From: Octopus bimaculoides
Taxonomy: Eukaryota
Length of the DNA: 48,065 bases
Direction: 5' to 3'
NCBI RefSeq assembly: GCF_001194135.2
Contig: NC_068982.1
Span: forward strand, 146,723,696 to 146,771,760
The translations under genes and the position numbers were made by a program. Below are positions 23,371 through 36,287 of this stretch, one piece after another. Below the pieces are notes generated by a model. The model was not told the origin of the DNA. It did no database searches and worked only from the letters and a program-made list of their open reading frames with translations. The first letter of the stretch is position 1. Each line of letters begins with the position of its first letter.

Positions 23371-23740
23371 AAGAACACAGAAGGAAAAAAATAAAGAGAA
23401 TACAACGAATATAAACAAGATGAAGAAGAAATTTTAAGAAAGAAGGAAACAGAAAAATGAGAAGACAGAAAGAAGAAAAACCAAAAAGAAATGAGAAAAT
23501 AAAGGAAAATGAAAAGATGAAGAGGAAAAATAAAAAGGAAGAAGAAAGAAGTAAAAAAGACAAAATAAGGCAGAGAATAGAAGAAAACAAACGAAGGAAT
23601 ATAAGGAAGAAGAAAATTAAAAATAAAAGGTAGGAGAAGAAGAGGAAGAAGAAGGCATAAAAAGAAAGTAGAAGAAGCAGATATAAAAAGAAGGTAGAAG
23701 AAGAAAATTTGCTAAGTCTTCAAAGTGGGTCGTATCTTAC

Positions 23741-23809
23741 ATCCTGACTTTTATATCTCGTCAACCAGGTGACAGCGTACAAAGCTAATTGTTTCTCTCG
23801 GCACTCCAT
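23741..23809 (-). CDS. Candidate exon of a minus-strand gene (MECREKQLALYAVTWLTRYKSQD)
   Basis: Long pyrimidine tract ...tactctataag|, donor gat|gtaaga; 69 nt, only phase 0 open; no homology recognised. Confidence 0.3.
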
Positions 23810-24169
23810 CTTATAGAGTATATAACAAAGAAGATAAAGAAAGTACTTCTAGCCGCTTAACATACTTTCACCACTCTTTCACTGTTTCCTCATATCCCTT
23901 CTCTTTTCCTTGTCTTTCTTCACTTTCACAACGACATTTCTTTTCTCACCCTCTCTCCGTCTCCTCTCTCTCTCGCTCCCCCTTTCTCTATTTCTCTCGC
24001 ATGCATATGCACACATACACACAGACAGAGGCATGTCCCTACATGTACATACATATGCATACGCATATTCCCACAGACGTACATACACCTATACAAACAT
24101 ACATACAAATAAGCAGCCATACAAATGCATACATACACACATATATAATATTGAGTGAGCGCTAATTCA

Positions 24170-24400
24170 AGTATTATTTTTCTTGTTTCAGCTGCGGCCA
24201 TGCTGGGACACTGCTTTGAAGAGTTTTAGCCGAACAAGTCAATCCCAGGNNNNNNNNNNNNNNNNNNNNNNNNNNNNNNNNNNNNNNNNNNNNNNNNTTT
24301 TTTTTTTTTTTTATAAAATCTGATCCTCATTCTATCGGTCTCTTTCTCAACTGTTAAGTGACACACCACCGTTGGTTGCCAAGCAGTGGTAAGGAACAAA
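24170..24400 (-). mobile_element. SINE A 3' half, with gap
   Basis: cttgtttcag..gcggccatgctgg..attctatcggtctc. Confidence 0.65.
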
Positions 24401-24819
24401 CAAGTTAAAACAAATGAACAAAAAACAAAAATCCATTAATTAACATTATCATTGCAATATGCTCATTGACGAATGTTAACTGAATCTGGTCAAAGACTGA
24501 TTCGACCACTGTTAATTAAAATTCAAATTTTGCGCGCTTTTAGGGGAAAAAAGTATACTGATTAATATTAATTTATTTTGACGGATCTATTCAGTTTGGC
24601 TCACAGATTTCTTAATTAATTTTTTTAAAACTAAACAGTTTGAAACTTCGTATACTGGTGTAATTTCTCATGCAGAACACGGTTTACTTTAAATTGAGCA
24701 GATCCATTTTGACATTTGGTGGTTAGCATAGAAGGAGACCATGGCATGTTTCGGTATTATTAAACTTCTTCAGTGTAGCATAATCTTCTTCAGTGCTTGT
24801 CGGATTTAGTGATAAAGGA

Positions 24820-25330
24820 TCAATACAAAGACGTACGACTCACTGTTTATGGCTTTCTTTGAGCTCGCCAAAGCATTTCGAATCTGTAAATCGTAAAACT
24901 CTATGAAAAGTGCTAGGAAAATATGACCACCTTCAAAACTTCATAACAATCAAGCGATTCTTTTACGAGAAGATTGAAGCCAAAGTGCAGTGTCAGTCTC
25001 GCACAACAGATTAATTTGAAGCGAAAACTGGAGTGAGGCAGGGATGCGTGATTATTTTAAAAATCATTCACATTTTCTTTTCAGCTATAATCGAGTTCAC
25101 TCTGAACTCCAGACGTTAAAGTCTTTTACGGTAACATATTCACCGTTAGCAGATTCTGTACCAAAGCAGACACTGTGATTACATCAATAATTGAACTTAT
25201 ATTGCGCAAATGATGCTGCCGTTAGTACGACTTCGACAGCAAAAACTACAGACAATAGACGACGTTTTCATTGAGAACATAGCTCTAACTCTCGACATGA
25301 GTAAAACAAAAGGTTTGCACCAATGAGCAT
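24820..25330 (+). mobile_element. Highly decayed RTE/BovB-like reverse transcriptase fragment
   Basis: Frameshifted LFMAFFELAKAF/SVNRKTL..KVLGKY..GVRQGCVI..LQTIDDVF..MSKTK resemble RTE RT motifs (KAFDSV, GVKQGC). Confidence 0.6.
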
Positions 25331-25566
25331 CCAGCTAGCAGATGCCTTGATCTAGACATTAAAGTACTTGGCTAGATGGTGCAAAATGTATGCACTTCCT
25401 ACAGTTAGGTGGTCACCTATCATAAGGGCGCGAAGCTGACAGAGTTACTAGTGTTTTGTAGTATTTGTGTCGACACTCTGAATTCAAACTCTGCCGAGAT
25501 TGATTTTCCTTCTCGTCCCTTCGGGCCCATAAATAAAGTACTAGTTAACTATTCTATTGGCGATAA

Positions 25567-25667
<101 letters not shown>

Positions 25668-25714
25668 CCTCTCACTTAGAGTGACTATAAATGATAAAGC
25701 CCAACACTTCGGCA

Positions 25715-26170
25715 CATCATAATCATCATTTTAAGGCCCACTTTTCCATGCTAGTGTGTACCAGATGGAGTGCGAGGGGACAACTTTTCTACAACCAGAT
25801 ACCCTTCCCTCACCTGTTTCCAAGCAAGGTAATGCTTCCATATGGGCAGAAATATATTTTCACGGAGTAATTTAAACTAGTGGTACCGTTTGTATAACAC
25901 TAACACAATTACGACTATTACTTGACGTCAAGACACGGAGACACGAATACATGCACATACTCGCACATGCACACATACATGCATACAAAGACGTACATAC
26001 ACACAATGGGCTTCTTTCAGTTTCCCCTATTGATACCAAATTACTCACAAGGTTTTTGTCAGACCAGGGCTATGTTTGGGGAGACTTATCCAAGATGCCA
26101 CGAATCGAAAATCTCAACGATAAATGTAAGCATGGAAAGCCGGGCGAAGCAGTTAACACATCACTTCTTA
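25715..26170 (-). mobile_element. RTE-tailed repeat fragment (25715-25910) and SINE A (25990-26170)
   Basis: cacttttccatgc..cctcacctgtttccaagcaaggtaat; gggcttctttcagtttcc..actcacaagg. Confidence 0.55.
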
Positions 26171-27038
26171 AGTGACTGGATTCATGGATTCTGCATTGCC
26201 TAAAATTGTTATATGTGAATCGACAGAAGTTAAATCTCGGAGATAACTATACTTGATTCTAAGGGATAATTAATAATAGATACACAAGAAATGAACACGA
26301 ATTGGAGAAACAACTTGGCATGTATGACTGAAGAAGTCCGTTATCATTCAGTCTGAGGAACAGAGAACAAGTATGCTTCAATGATAATGCCGAAATATGT
26401 CAAGAGTCGACATTATATTCGATAAAAATCAGTATAAATTAAGGTTTGACCTCCAGCTAACGTGTTTATCTTTTTTAGTTCATGTGTAATTTAAATTACA
26501 ATGAATTAAAATTTCAAAACTGTCGCTCCTTAGCCTTGAACAGGTTAGATTTCCCTTTTATCGCTGGATTAATTTCATTGATTGAATTATAAGTTTTTTT
26601 CACACGGCAATAATTAAATTAACACTCACTCTGTTACCGTATTTTATGAAGATATCGTTATATAAACAAAGAAACATATTTGCATTTAGTACACCAGCAT
26701 GGCCTTAGTTATGATGGTTAAAATGCATTAGAAAAATCAAGTGTATACAAGCGTCCAAATAAACAAATATATACACGCATAGATATGTATACATAAATAT
26801 ATGCATACAGACATACACCTACGTATAAATACACCGCCATACATACATCCTGCTTTTATGTTCCTTAGTATTAAGAAAGAGCCTGGAAAAGCTAAAGTTT
26901 TCGAGTAAATAACGAAATCAAATCATATTCTGTGAGTGGAACATTGTAAAAATTCAAGAAATTTCTGAATGGCAGCATGTAACTAAATTCCGATGAAGGA
27001 ACTTCGCTCTTAAGAAACGCTCCTCTACATAATTGGCT

Positions 27039-27089
<51 letters not shown>

Positions 27090-28129
27090 TGAGTGTATCA
27101 TACAAAAGAGCAGTGAATAAAGACAGAGCAAGTAACACTGTACGAGACTTTTAAAAATGACGATACTTTCTTCTTACAAGACAATATTCCACAATGCATT
27201 ACACTACCAGTACTTGTTCCTAGATTAGGAATGATTGGTCGTTTTGTAGAGGAAGTCCGCGCAATGAATACTAAAAACTACAAGATAGTCATATAAAATG
27301 AAAGCTTCCACAAAAATAGTGATATTGGCAGTTGCTATCTAAAAAAAAAGCAATAAAAAGAGTGAGGAAGAGGCTTAAAGTCAGTCTAATCAGCTTTGGA
27401 GTGTCACATAGTATCTCTCAGACAGCATCTACTAAACAGCAACGGTAAAGATAAATACGTGAACCTGCTGCCGAGGAGCAAGAAAACTATACCGTGCAGG
27501 TCTGTAGCGAACTCAAGAGGTGCTCACTTCCCGATGACTTTCCGCGTGACTCCAGAAATGTTCGACTAGCATTCTCTAACAAAGACCTGGAAGAAAGACA
27601 CACTGCTTAGCAAGAAAGGAAAAAAACCGGTTGTGCACAGATACGTCTCCTGTAAACTTTCGGATGGTGTTAGTATTAAGAGAGAATATAGCTTCTCTTG
27701 GACTCATTCCCTTTCCACACCAAGCCACGTTTCAAAGGTTATCTTTTTGCAATCCACACACAGGAGATAGTTACAAAATACAAGTCTCAATGAAGCTCTT
27801 AAATGTTTAAGGTGTCATAAAGATAGTAGATTATATTATATCTCTGGTGAAGAAATTCATATGATCAATAGATACCATAAAAATGTTATAATGGTTCTAC
27901 CTTTCAATGCGGCAAGACGTTTTTGCTGAAACAATACACAATGACAACCGCAAGAAAAAATCTACCCTTGGATAGATATATAATTCTGTTATTGAACACA
28001 TACATGCGTATCAACACGAATTGAAAAGGTAGTTGTTAGAGGTAGGAAAGAGAAAACAGTTATGTATAGTCATAGATGTCAGCTGCTCTGCAGATGTGAA
28101 TATTTCATTTACAATCAGCGAGAAAGAAA

Positions 28130-28725
28130 ATTTTTACGGACCAACCACATAGTTCCGGGTTAAGTCCCCACTGCGTGGCACCTTCGGTAAGTGTCTTCTA
28201 TTATAGCCTCAAGCCGATCAAAGCCTTGTGAGCAGATTTGGTAGGCGGAAACCGAAAGAAGCGTCATATATATATANNNNNNNNNNNNNNNNNNNNNNNN
28301 NNNNNNNNNNNNNNNNNNNNNNNNNNNNNNNNNNNNNNNNNNNNNNNNNNNNNNNNNNNNNNNNNNNNNNNNNNNNNNNNNNNNNNNNNNNNNNNNNNNN
28401 NNNNNNNNNNNNNNNNNNNNNNNNNNNNNNNNNNNNNNNNNNNNNNNNNNNNNNNNNNNNNACGTGTACCTTTAACTTAGCTCTCGAGGAGAATCAGCGT
28501 GACAGAGTGTGACAGGGCAGGTACAACAGAAACTGAAAGAAAGAGTGAGAGAAAGCTGTGGTGAAAGAGTACAGCAGAGTTCTCTACCACGCCCTACCGG
28601 AGCCTCGTGGAGCTTTAGGTCTTTTTGCTCAATAAACACTCACAACACCCGGTCTGGGAATCGAAACCACGATCATACAACCGCGAGTTCACTGCCCTAA
28701 CCACTGGGCCATTGTGCCTCCGCCC
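28130..28725. mobile_element. SINE A (+, 28130-28276, runs into gap) and SINE C (-, 28480-28725)
   Basis: Family motifs as in other copies. Confidence 0.7.
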
Positions 28726-28734
28726 CACCCCCCA

Positions 28735-29215
28735 CACATACTGTGATTGAGAAGACCCGGCTAGTAAAATGAGATCACAGCCGTAGTCTACACCAGTGTC
28801 GCATAACCAGCCCATTTAAAAAGTGTCTTTGAATCGTAAGGCACATGCCGTGCTTCAGGAGACCTATTGAGTCATGTAAAATTAAAATCAAAATCAAATC
28901 ACAAACAAATGGAAATTGTAATTGTGACCGATTCCAGTACCGCCTGACTGGCTCCTATGCCAGTAGCACGTAAAAAGCACCATCCGAACGTGGCCGATAC
29001 CAGTGCCACCTGACTGGCTCCTGTGCAGGTGACACATAAAAAGCACGCACTGCACTCTACACTCTCGGAGTAGTTGGCGTTAGGAAGGGCATCCAGCTGT
29101 AGAAACATTGCTAGATCAGACTGGAGACTGGTGCAGCCTCCTGGCTTGCCAGTCCCCAGTCAAACCGATCAATCCATGCGAGCATGGAAAACGGACGTTA
29201 AACGATGATGATGAG
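28735..29215 (+). mobile_element. 5'-truncated RTE: ORF2 end plus family R 3'UTR
   Basis: ctgtgattgagaagacccgg (last ORF2 codons) continuous with the tandem units and (GAT)n tail. Confidence 0.7.
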
Positions 29216-29237
29216 GAGGATTATATATACATATATA

Positions 29238-29406
29238 GGTGCAGGCATGGCTGTGTGGTTAGAAGCTTGCTTCCAAAGCACATGGTTCCGGGCTCAGTCC
29301 TCCAGTGTGGCACCTTGGGCAAGTGTTTTCTACTATACCCTCGGGCCGACCAAAGCCTTGTGAGTGAATTTGGCAGACAGAAACTGAAAGAAGCCCGTCG
29401 TATATA

Positions 29407-29445
<39 letters not shown>

Positions 29446-29815
29446 NNNNNNNNNNNNNNNNNNNNNNNNNNNNNNNNNNNNNNNNNNNNNNNNNNNNNNN
29501 NNNNNNNNNNNNNNNNNNNNNNNNNNNNNNNNNNNNNNNNNNNNNNNNNNNNNNNNNNNNNNNNNNNNNNNNNNNNNNNNNNNNNNNNNNNNNNNNNNNN
29601 NNNNNNNNNNNNNTGTGTGTGTCTGCATTTGTCACCCCACCATCGTTCGACAACTCACGTTGGTGTGTTTGTGTCCCCGTAACTAAGCGATTCGGCAAAA
29701 GAGACCGATAGAATAAGTACTAACAAAGAATAAGTCCTGGAGGCCATTTGTTCGACTAAAGGCGGTGCTCCAGTATGGCCGCAGTCAAATGACTGAAACA
29801 AGTAAAATAATAAAA
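29238..29815 (+). mobile_element. Full-length SINE A with internal microsatellite/gap
   Basis: Head, ccttgggcaagtg core, (TA)n/gap/(TG)n, 3' part ending gactgaaacaagtaaaa. Confidence 0.85.
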
Positions 29816-32058
29816 ATATAAAACAATACATACACACATCGCTTTTTCCCCTTCGTTTCGGTCGTCGTTACTTCTGACTCTCGGTTTATCACGAGGCATT
29901 GAGGAAACATTTTCAAAATCCTTACGCTTCTAGAAATAGCAGTGACATTTCCTTCATATTACGTGCTGTCATTACATTGAATGATGTAGTCTAGAAAAGG
30001 GACGGCTATGGCTGGAATCCCTTTGTTTATAGGTCTGCTCGGTTAGTGCCACCTGGAATTAAGTATCAAAGGTCATTAGTTTATATTCGAGCAAACAAAG
30101 TCGTTTGACCTGCCAGAAATAGAACCAAATCTCACTCAAACAACAATTATCTACCGTCTTAAAAATGTCGGATGATATAGACTAACGTATAGCATGTATC
30201 AGAAAAGCAAAAACGTGATAGTCATGGCTGTAACGTCTTTCCAGTCAAGCCCGACCTGAAGTTGAACCACCACAATAACTACTGTTCTAGATGACAATAA
30301 TTCTAAAATGAAGGGCTCCAGCATGAAATTAATTCTTGGGTGACCGACGCTGTGTCTCACATCCTTTCTCGCTCCTACACACGCACATACACACACATGG
30401 ATGCGCGCGCAGGTAAGCATGCATACACACATACACACATGCATACACACACACACACACACACAAACACTCAGTTTTTCACACCATTTGCCATTTTATT
30501 TTTGGCATCATATATACCACTAACGTTCACAAGTCACAGCCAACAATTCACGAGTTACAATTAAGAGAGTTCGTAAAGTAAGTCGAAAGAGAGGGAGAGA
30601 GAGAGAGAGGGGGAGTAAGAGAGAGGGGGGAGCATGCAGACAGACAGACAGAAGGACTGAAAGAGACAGACAGAAGACAGAAAGACAGAGAGAGGAGAGA
30701 CAAACAGACAGACAGAAAGAAGCTGTTTTTGGAATACATTGATCTGCTGATTTTTATGTGTGTGTGCGTGTATGTGTGTGTACACACACGTCCTTATTTT
30801 TATTTTCTTAAATGTAAACCTTTACATAAAAAGTGTTAAAAACATTGTAAAACGAATGATCAAATAAAAGATATGCTTATAGTACACCTGTCCCCATTTT
30901 ACACAAATATATTGTATATATACACTCACATAAATATTCGTTATTCTAATCGTGTAAATATGGAAGCATTCAAGCTTAATTTTAGCCACACACAAACAAC
31001 GTACCACACTACTTTTCCTGCCAGAGATCTTTTATGTGATTGTGCCACCTGTCGAAATTGCAGCCTCATCTCCCTCATATTATCATACCCCCATCGTTTT
31101 AATATAAGCAAGGACTCACTGGATAATGTATTTTCAGACGAACAGTACCAAACAAAAAGGGTACGAGCTCGATGGTCGTGGTCGGAACGTCTTCCGTTCA
31201 TATGTCTGCTTGATGCATGTATTAATGTATATGTATATGATACTGGGGTATTGTAAATTTGAAACAAAAAATTGAGAATTTATTATTAAATATTGAATCA
31301 CTATCGTGACTCTTAGCCTAGCCCCCCCCCCCCNNNNNNNNNNNNNNNNNNNNACACACACACACACACTTACACATACACACAAACGTTTATTTTTCTG
31401 AATCAAATGTTCCACTTACACCTTTTCAGATCATAACGTCTCTCCCCACTCCGGTAACAGATACTATTTCATTTCTCTTTTTATATCTGCCATTCGTTTA
31501 CTCTCTATATTTCGGTTACTTTATCACATTACATCTCTCGTTCCCTCCTTTTCGTCCTCTTCCTCTCTCACTCATCTTTTTCTTGACCTTCCTGTATTAT
31601 ACCGTCTTTTTTTTATGAATACTTGTCTCACAAACTACAGGCTCAATATCTATCTACTCTAGCACTCCTTATAATTCCTTCTTATTCACCTCGTTCGGCA
31701 CAGACACTGCTTTCTTTTTTCCGCGTGACAGAAAACTGCAAGCTAACCAGCAAAAAAGAAAACCCTTGACACGTGGTTTAGCCTTTTGTATATTTTAACA
31801 TATCATATATATACTTAGACTTATTCACACATACAAACATGTATACATCTAAGAGGTAAATTAGTAAACTTGTTAGCGCTTTACATTGAATACCTTACCG
31901 TATTCGGTTATGTTGTCGGCTGTCAGAGTTCAAGTCTCACCAGGTCTGCTTTATCTTCCTCTTTCGGGATCTATAAATAGAAAACCAGTCCAGTACAAAT
32001 ATCGATTCGATACATCACGCTCACTATCTTCCCCCACTTTTTCTGTCTCAGTTAGTCA

Positions 32059-32107
<49 letters not shown>

Positions 32108-33509
32108 CCTCTCTCTCTCTCTCTCTCCCTCTCTCTCTCTCTCTTTCTCTAAATACACTTATTTAAGGGACATGTAGCTTCTGAGGCACCGTTTGCATAT
32201 ACATTTAATCAAGGATACATTCCTCGTTGCTATAGCATATATGATGCATTGCTGGTAAGGGAGCACCTAAGAAGGGAGCACACAGTATTCAACTGAGCCT
32301 GCAATACTTTGCTGATGAGATAAGAATATGGTTGAAACATGGTCAGATTTTTTCCGAGCCTACCCAAAACATAAGGAAACCGAACGTTTATTCCCCACCA
32401 CTTTATAATTATTTCTAAGAGATTGAACCCGAAAGGCTGTGGTTCCTAAACGAGCTTCTTAACCACACAGCTATGCCTGCGACTAGGATGTACATTAAAA
32501 ATAAATGGAAGAGAAAGAAAGAAAGCAAATAAAAGGTAAAGAGAGAGTGAAAGATAATAGTGTTAACGTCACCTACTCTGGGAAGAGTTTCATATAGTTA
32601 CTTATATTCGTGAACGATTTTCGTTTTAGTTGTAGTAGTATATGATGTATCAGAATACAGTTTACATCTCTATGAGTCGATAGTTCGTTTTCATTGAAAT
32701 CATTATAAATGCTAAAGCTTCCATCTGGTCAGTGAGGTCACTGTGGAAGCGATTGTAGTCGGACAACAGTGAGTTGTTAACGATCGCTAATTGCCAGGTG
32801 CTGCCATCTAATGACCGGTCATAAAAATACCGAAAACTCCTTTTGTGTGCGTGAAGAAGTGGAGAAGTTAAGTTATACAGAAAGACACTGATAAAGTTGT
32901 TGTTGTTGTTGGTGGTGGTGGTGGTAGTGGTGGAGCAGGAGGAGGAGGAGGAGGTGGTGGTGGTGTGTGTGTGTGTAAGGGGGAGTAATGATGATGTTAG
33001 TGGGTGAGGTTTGGATCATGGGGTTAGTCTTGATTGGTGCGGGGTTGCTTGGTTTAATTCCTTGATTATGCATACATGGTATGTATGTATACATGTACGG
33101 GGTGTATCTGTTTATGAATACATACATACTTAAGCGTAATTACACAAACACCTTCCACACACGCAAGTACACACACACGCACACACACACACACACACAC
33201 ACACTGATACACACATCGCATACATATGGACATTTACATAGTCCTATAGGTTTAGTTTATGACATGGGTCGTTGGCCCATTGAACCTTATTTAAAAGATA
33301 ATGTTTGATATAGGTGTGCGCGTACACACATACACACATGCATACAAGCGCATATACACATATACTCAGACACACGCAAACACTTATCTACATACAATAT
33401 TAAGCGCTTGACTAAATCCATGCAAATATGCGTATATTCACATGTAGATAAAAGCAATCGCATATAAGAAGGCATACATTCACGCCAGTATGCGCGTGTA
33501 TGGCGATCT

Positions 33510-33613
<104 letters not shown>

Positions 33614-33825
33614 CTCACTTTTTCAGTCTATCTTTTTTTCTCTCTGCATTTTTGTTTGTGAAATGCATTCTGTCTGTCTGTCTATCTATTTAGCTACATA
33701 CACACAATACATACATACATACATACATACATACATACATACACACATACATGATGAAGGCCGCCCACTCGTGACCAGGAAGACCATTGCTGACCTTCAG
33801 GAATATTGTGCATACATACATACTC

Positions 33826-33856
<31 letters not shown>

Positions 33857-34702
33857 AACACACACGCACTCACACATGTTAAAAAACGAAGAAGGGAAAA
33901 GGAAAGCGCAGAACTGGAATGGTGGATAATAAATTTATCTACCTTTAATAGCATTTGCATCATATTTCTCGTATCAGTAATTCCATACTAATAGGCTGGT
34001 CAGCAGTTATCAACTTTTCTGTTTCTTGTTGCTCAGTGTTGGCTACCCATCAGCATGATGTCATCGAAACTAGAAATTTTAATATAAATTCCATTAAAAA
34101 CCGAAAATAAGATAGGACAATCGATAATGCGTATTGAAACAGAAACACGTGCCAAAAGCTTCCCTCTTGCTTTCAGGTAATCAGTACTTCTTTTTTCTTA
34201 ATGATACTTCAGTTTAGGAAAATTCTTGCTTCGTGAGATTCTCTCCTCTTCTAATTTGAAGTCGATACCAATTGTCGCCAAACCATTGGTTTACCATCTC
34301 TGGGCGGAGGAAATCAAGGATTTATCCATATGCTATTTAACATAGCGTTGCTCGTTGTTGAAATGCTTGCTACGGACTACTCTTAGCTCATTTTCGTTTC
34401 GTACATACATACATACATACATAAATACATACATACATACATACAAACTCGTCTTCCTTGATCCAGCTACAAGGGAGAGAAAGAAACACAAGTTAGGCGA
34501 AGAAAGTTCGCCGATGGTCACGTGGGTGCCACGTGAGCAAAGGAGGAAGAGTGAGGGAGAGGCACAACAGACAGAGCACTGTGAAGGGGAGACGAAAAAA
34601 TTGGAAGTAGGATAAGTGAGAAAAAAACAGGAGGGGGAAAAGGAGAGATAGAAGAATAAGAGAAAGGAACAGAGAGAAAAAAACGAAAGAGCAATAGGAT
34701 AG

Positions 34703-34945
34703 AAAGGCGGCGAGCAGGCAGAAACGTTAGTACACCGGGTGAGATGCTCAGCGGTATTTCGTCTGCCGTTACATTCTGAGTTCAAATTCCGCCGAGGTCG
34801 CATTTGCCTTTCATCCTTTCGGAATCGATAAATTAAGTACCAGTTACGCACTGGGTCGATGTAATCGACTTAATCCCTTTGTCTGTCCTTGTTTGTCCTC
34901 TCTATGTTTATCCCCTTGTGGGCAATAAAGAAATAAGAGTAATAG
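34703..34945 (+). mobile_element. SINE B, well preserved
   Basis: ggcggcgagcaggcagaaacgttag..gttcaaattccgccgaggtcg..gcctttcatcctttcgg..taagtaccag. Confidence 0.85.
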
Positions 34946-35889
34946 GATAGCATAGTGGGAGAAGAGGAGGTAAAAGAATAAGAGAGAGGAAGAGAGAAAA
35001 ACGAAAGAGTAAAAGGATAGAATAGAGTGCGCATCAGAATTATTAAGATAAAACTTACTTGGAAGAGGATGCGTGACGTTCAATCATANNNNNNNNNNNN
35101 NNNNNNNNNNNNNNNNNNNNNNNNNNNNNNNNNNNNNNNNNNNNNNNNNNNNNNNNNNNNNNNNNNNNNNNNNNNNNNNNNNNNNNNNNNNNNNNNNNNN
35201 NNNNNNNNNNNNNNNNNNNNNNNNNNNNNNNNNNNNNNNNNNNNNNNNNNNNNNNNNNNNNNNNNNNNNNNNNNNNNNNNNNNNNNNNNNNNNNNNNNNN
35301 NNNNNNNNNNNNNNNNNNNNNNNNNNNNNNNNNNNNNNNNNNNNNNNNNNNNNNNNNNNNNNNNNNNNNNNNNNNNNNNNNNNNNNNNNNNNNNNNNNNN
35401 NNNNNNNNNNNNNNNNNNNNNNNNNNNNNNNNNNNTCTCTCACACACACACACACACACATTATTCCTTTATGTCGTCGAATTCGATGATCTTAGACTTG
35501 AATTGTCTATCCTTTGATGACCGTACTTATTAAAGCGCAGTAGCAACCTCATAAGCGGCCGAAGAATCGTAATAGCTATCTGCTACCAACGCTACACCTA
35601 CCCCTGTACCATCACAATGAAGGAAATTACGAATGTGTTTGTCGATGAGCTTCAAGCTTGTCTGTCACAACCAAAAAAAAAAAAAACGACCTCTCCTAAG
35701 ATCTTTTGATCCATGATCCATAGAGTAGTAGCAAATTACTGAGGAATGAAGATTTATAATAACATTGAGTTGCGTATTTCTCACTTTCATTCACCGAATC
35801 TCGAGTAAATCTTAGAAAATTTCCAGATTAATATCTTCCAAATTAATTTAGAAATATCCAAATTAATAATGCATGCGTATATACACAAA

Positions 35890-36287
35890 TACTCGCTTTT
35901 ACTCTTTTACTTGTTTCAGTCATTTGACTGTGGCCATGCTGGAGCACCGCCTTTTAGTCGAGCAAATCAACCCCAGGACTTATTTTTTGTAAGCCTAGTA
36001 CTTATTCCATCGGTCTTTTTAGCCGAACCGCTAAGTTACGGGGACGTAAACAAACCAGCATCGGTTGTCAAGCGATGTTGGGGGCACAAACAGACACACA
36101 AATATATACACACACATACATATATATATACATATATACGACGGGCTTCTTTTAGTTTCCGTCTACCAAATCCACTCAAGGCTTTGGTCGGCCCGAGGCT
36201 ATAGTAGAAGACACCCAAGGTGCCACGCAGTGGGACTGAACCCGGAACCATGTGGTTGGTAAGCGAGCTACTTACCATACAGCCACA
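35890..36287 (-). mobile_element. Full-length SINE A, well preserved
   Basis: Gap-free copy: tRNA-like head, CORE-like block, internal (TA/TG), tail aagtaaaagagta. Confidence 0.9.

Noticed and set aside
23370-23710. Purine-only GAA/AAG block as a functional triplex element
   Set aside because: Degenerate low-complexity sequence; no evidence of function.
24733-24776. Minus-strand hammerhead-like CTGAAGA..CCGAAACATG
   Set aside because: Stems I-III are mismatched; cannot be supported without a family consensus.
27140-28000. Possible ancient LINE relic
   Set aside because: Looks coding-like in composition, but I could not recover any diagnostic motif.
31899-31970. 72-nt minus-strand exon with strong gtaagg donor
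   Set aside because: Stops in all three frames; only the 30-nt sub-exon is open (could be non-coding).
32312-32344. Hammerhead-like CTGATGA..GAAAC-ATG-GTC
   Set aside because: Stem II is only wobble-level and stem I does not pair; could be chance or a heavily decayed copy.
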